Source: Botryllus schlosseri (taxonomy: Eukaryota). From it: 64,000 bases of DNA. Position 1 is the first letter of the stretch. Every line of letters starts with the position of its first letter. The stretch is taken from the NCBI GenBank assembly GCA_051294905.1, contig CM119373.1, positions 870,001 through 934,000 on the forward strand. Direction: 5' to 3'. This document shows positions 62,456 through 64,000 of this stretch, one piece after another. The position numbers were made by a program, and so were the translations under genes. Below the pieces are notes generated by a model. The model ran no database searches, was not told the DNA's origin, and saw only the letters and a program-made list of their open reading frames with translations.

Positions 62456-63862
62456 TCAGCGTGCGCGATTGACATATTCAAATTGACCACTTATTAAACC
62501 AGCTGCGTTGGTAAAGTACTGCATGAAGGCTTCGCGTATAGCTTTTGCCTCTCTCGAGACACCTCTTCCAACCCGATCGAAGGAAACGAAGACTGCAGAC
62601 GGGTGTTTGGGAAATGTAGGTTTGCGCCGAGATGAGCAATTGTATTTTCTGAGAAAATTGTGCAAACAGACACACGCTTTCACAACTTCATCCACATTTT
62701 CTGGTTTCAAGCACAACGGCTTGCGAAACACGCGGAATTTAGCAGACATATTTCCGAAAGCATTTTCAACTGTCCTTCTGGCTTTTGATAACAGGTAATT
62801 GAAAATTTTCTTAGACTGAGTGAGCTTTTTTGCCGGGAAGGGTCTCATCAAGTTGCGGCACAACGGAAATGCCTCATCCGCCAGCCGCCGCCATCATTAA
62901 TCACATTCCCACGGAGCCATGGCGCAGAGGTGGCTGGAATCGGAGAACATGGCGCTCGACAATGGAGACTGATCTAGCGCAACGCGGGCTGTCGCTTGAA
63001 GACGCCCACGACCGCCCACGTTGGAGACGCTTAACACGAGCCCAAAACTGATTATCTCGATGTTCTTTTTGTCTCCTGTTTTCTTTTGCCCTTTTTTATT
63101 TTATCTAATTGAAAAGTCGATATATATATATATATAACGAAAACATGTGGCATACTGGGTAGTCTAGGTACTAATGGCTGGTCAGCAGGTAATTCCAATG
63201 TCCCGTCTATTATTTGCTTTCCGAAGTCGGAATGGCTAAATATCCCAGCATCAGCATTTCGTCCATTGGAGCCGATTGAAACCCACAGAAATTTATAATT
63301 TCCATCCGTTATTGCCATTAGCACCATGCTGAAGGTCTTTTCATAGTTGAAGTACCTGGAGCCGGAATTTGGTGGAGCGTCTATTACCACATGTTTTCCG
63401 TCGATTGCGCCGAAGCAGTTGGGGATGTTCCACCTTGATTGAAATTGCATGGATAGCTCCTCCAATCTTGAAGATGTAGGTCGAGGTAAAACGATAGGTT
63501 GAAGGCAATTCCATATGGCCTGAGATGTTTCTGGGACTATTTTACAGATTGTTGTGTGGTGTATCCGAAAACTATAGCCAAGTGAATGGTAGTCATTTCC
63601 GGTAGCAAGAAATGTATCAAACATAACGAAGTTACAATGAGATTAGTAGGTACAATAAAAGCACACTGCAATTCACCTCAAAGTCACAGCAAGCCTCTCA
63701 GGAGGACCAATGGGCTCCCTCATACATGTGGCTTGTTTGGTGATACTTGGTCCAACCAGTCGCAGTAGTGCTTGGTATTGCGCCTTGTTCATTCGGAAAA
63801 AGTTTATGAACATTTCTTCTCCCTCCAATGCCAATTCTTCAACAAGTTGGTGGAAATGACCT
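62456..63862 (-). pseudogene. Harbinger transposase gene with introns, interrupted by an insertion and probably extending beyond 63862
   Basis: FINFFRMN; ERLAVTLR; FLATG; WNIPNCFGAIDGKH; YFNYEKTFS; ADEAFPL..LMRPF; ARRTVENAFG; CVCLHNFL. Confidence 0.93.
62884..63135 (+). mobile_element. Short insert including the 3' end of an RTE-like LINE
   Basis: RRGGWNRRTWRSTMETDL...AHDRPRWRRL*, then a T-rich and (TA)n tail. It splits the host motif HVFV|ADEAF. Confidence 0.65.
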
Positions 63863-64000
63863 GTCGATTATGAAAATCCGTGAGTAAAAATGAGAAAATA
63901 AATACTGAACCACCAAAAATGCTCTCAACAAACTAGTTGTATCTTATATTAAGCCAAATCTCTGGTCGCATTATTAAGACCAGGCCAGACCAGACCAGCC

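Overview
This is AT-rich eukaryotic DNA, most likely from an invertebrate animal (short 55-90 nt GT-AG introns). I found no recognisable host gene. Almost the whole window is a nested accumulation of cut-and-paste DNA transposons and their derivatives: hAT (Ac-, Tip100- and Charlie-like), pogo, piggyBac, PIF/Harbinger (five sets of remnants), ISL2EU, Merlin, P-like, CMC/EnSpm-like, Mutator/NOF-like and Kolobok, plus small Penelope and LINE fragments. Many boundaries can be fixed from terminal inverted repeats (TIRs) and target-site duplications (TSDs) read directly from the sequence. The only clearly intact long ORF is a Harbinger transposase (33040-34059). The main observations are: (1) two separate P-like elements whose transposase is short and whose usual C-terminal 'RGGL' region appears as a separate convergent gene; (2) a Harbinger whose intronless transposase gene lies antisense inside the last intron of its Myb/SANT partner gene; (3) a NOF/MULE transposase that, once two insertions are removed, runs into a Ulp1-type protease and a PHD finger; (4) a TIR-to-TIR Kolobok carrying a P2X7-C-terminus-like gene; (5) several large foldback or composite inverted structures. 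Family calls come from motif recognition by eye, not from database searches. Coordinates of degenerate remnants are approximate.
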